A stretch of DNA of 64,000 nt from Octopus sinensis (taxonomy: Eukaryota): assembly GCF_006345805.1 (NCBI RefSeq), contig NW_021832230.1, positions 186,001 through 250,000 on the forward strand, in the 5' to 3' direction. The stretch's first letter is position 1. Each line of letters begins with the position of its first letter. The notes under the pieces were generated by a model. The model was not told where the DNA came from. It worked only from the letters and a program-made list of their open reading frames with translations, and did no database searches. A program made the translations under genes and the position numbers. Below, piece by piece: positions 63,998 through 64,000 of the stretch.

Positions 63998-64000
63998 ATT

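Noticed and set aside
1-64000. Reassigned stop codons as the cause of fragmented ORFs
   Set aside because: In every conserved gene I traced, in-frame stops fall inside short introns; TAA, TAG and TGA are all used as true terminators.

Overview
AT-rich (roughly 30% GC by eye) nuclear DNA of a genome-reduced animal. It is not prokaryotic: it carries a Smad4-type gene with MH1 and MH2 domains and ultra-short GT-AG introns, mostly 22-32 nt. This is compatible with a myxozoan, dicyemid or orthonectid-like lineage, but the taxon cannot be fixed from the sequence. I assembled these host genes by hand from split ORFs: SNRPD1, MMAA, metaxin-2, TRIT1, tRNA-Asp(GTC), a tweety-like channel, LRRC6/DNAAF11, a TBC Rab-GAP, SMAD4, TPD52-like, USP14, PSMG4, VPS52 and a RING1/RNF2-like gene. 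They are separated by nested, mostly decayed transposons: about 13 CRE-clade fragments, R4/Dong, RTE and other LINEs, hAT, Tigger, Tc1/IS630, and three Ginger-like integrase transposons. Four observations stand out. (1) A 53-nt U12-type AT-AC intron in TRIT1 implies a retained minor spliceosome in a genome whose major introns have shrunk to about 25 nt. (2) Three distinct TGT...ACA integrase (Ginger-like) DNA transposons have 5-bp TA-initial target duplications; one has tRNA-3'-end/PBS-like TIRs. (3) An intact motile-cilia gene, LRRC6, is present. (4) An 84-bp micro-MITE has an 8-bp TSD, and two filled/empty insertion-site pairs are visible inside the window. All homology calls come from motif recognition by eye and were not database-verified. 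TE fragment boundaries are approximate unless TIR/TSD coordinates are given.
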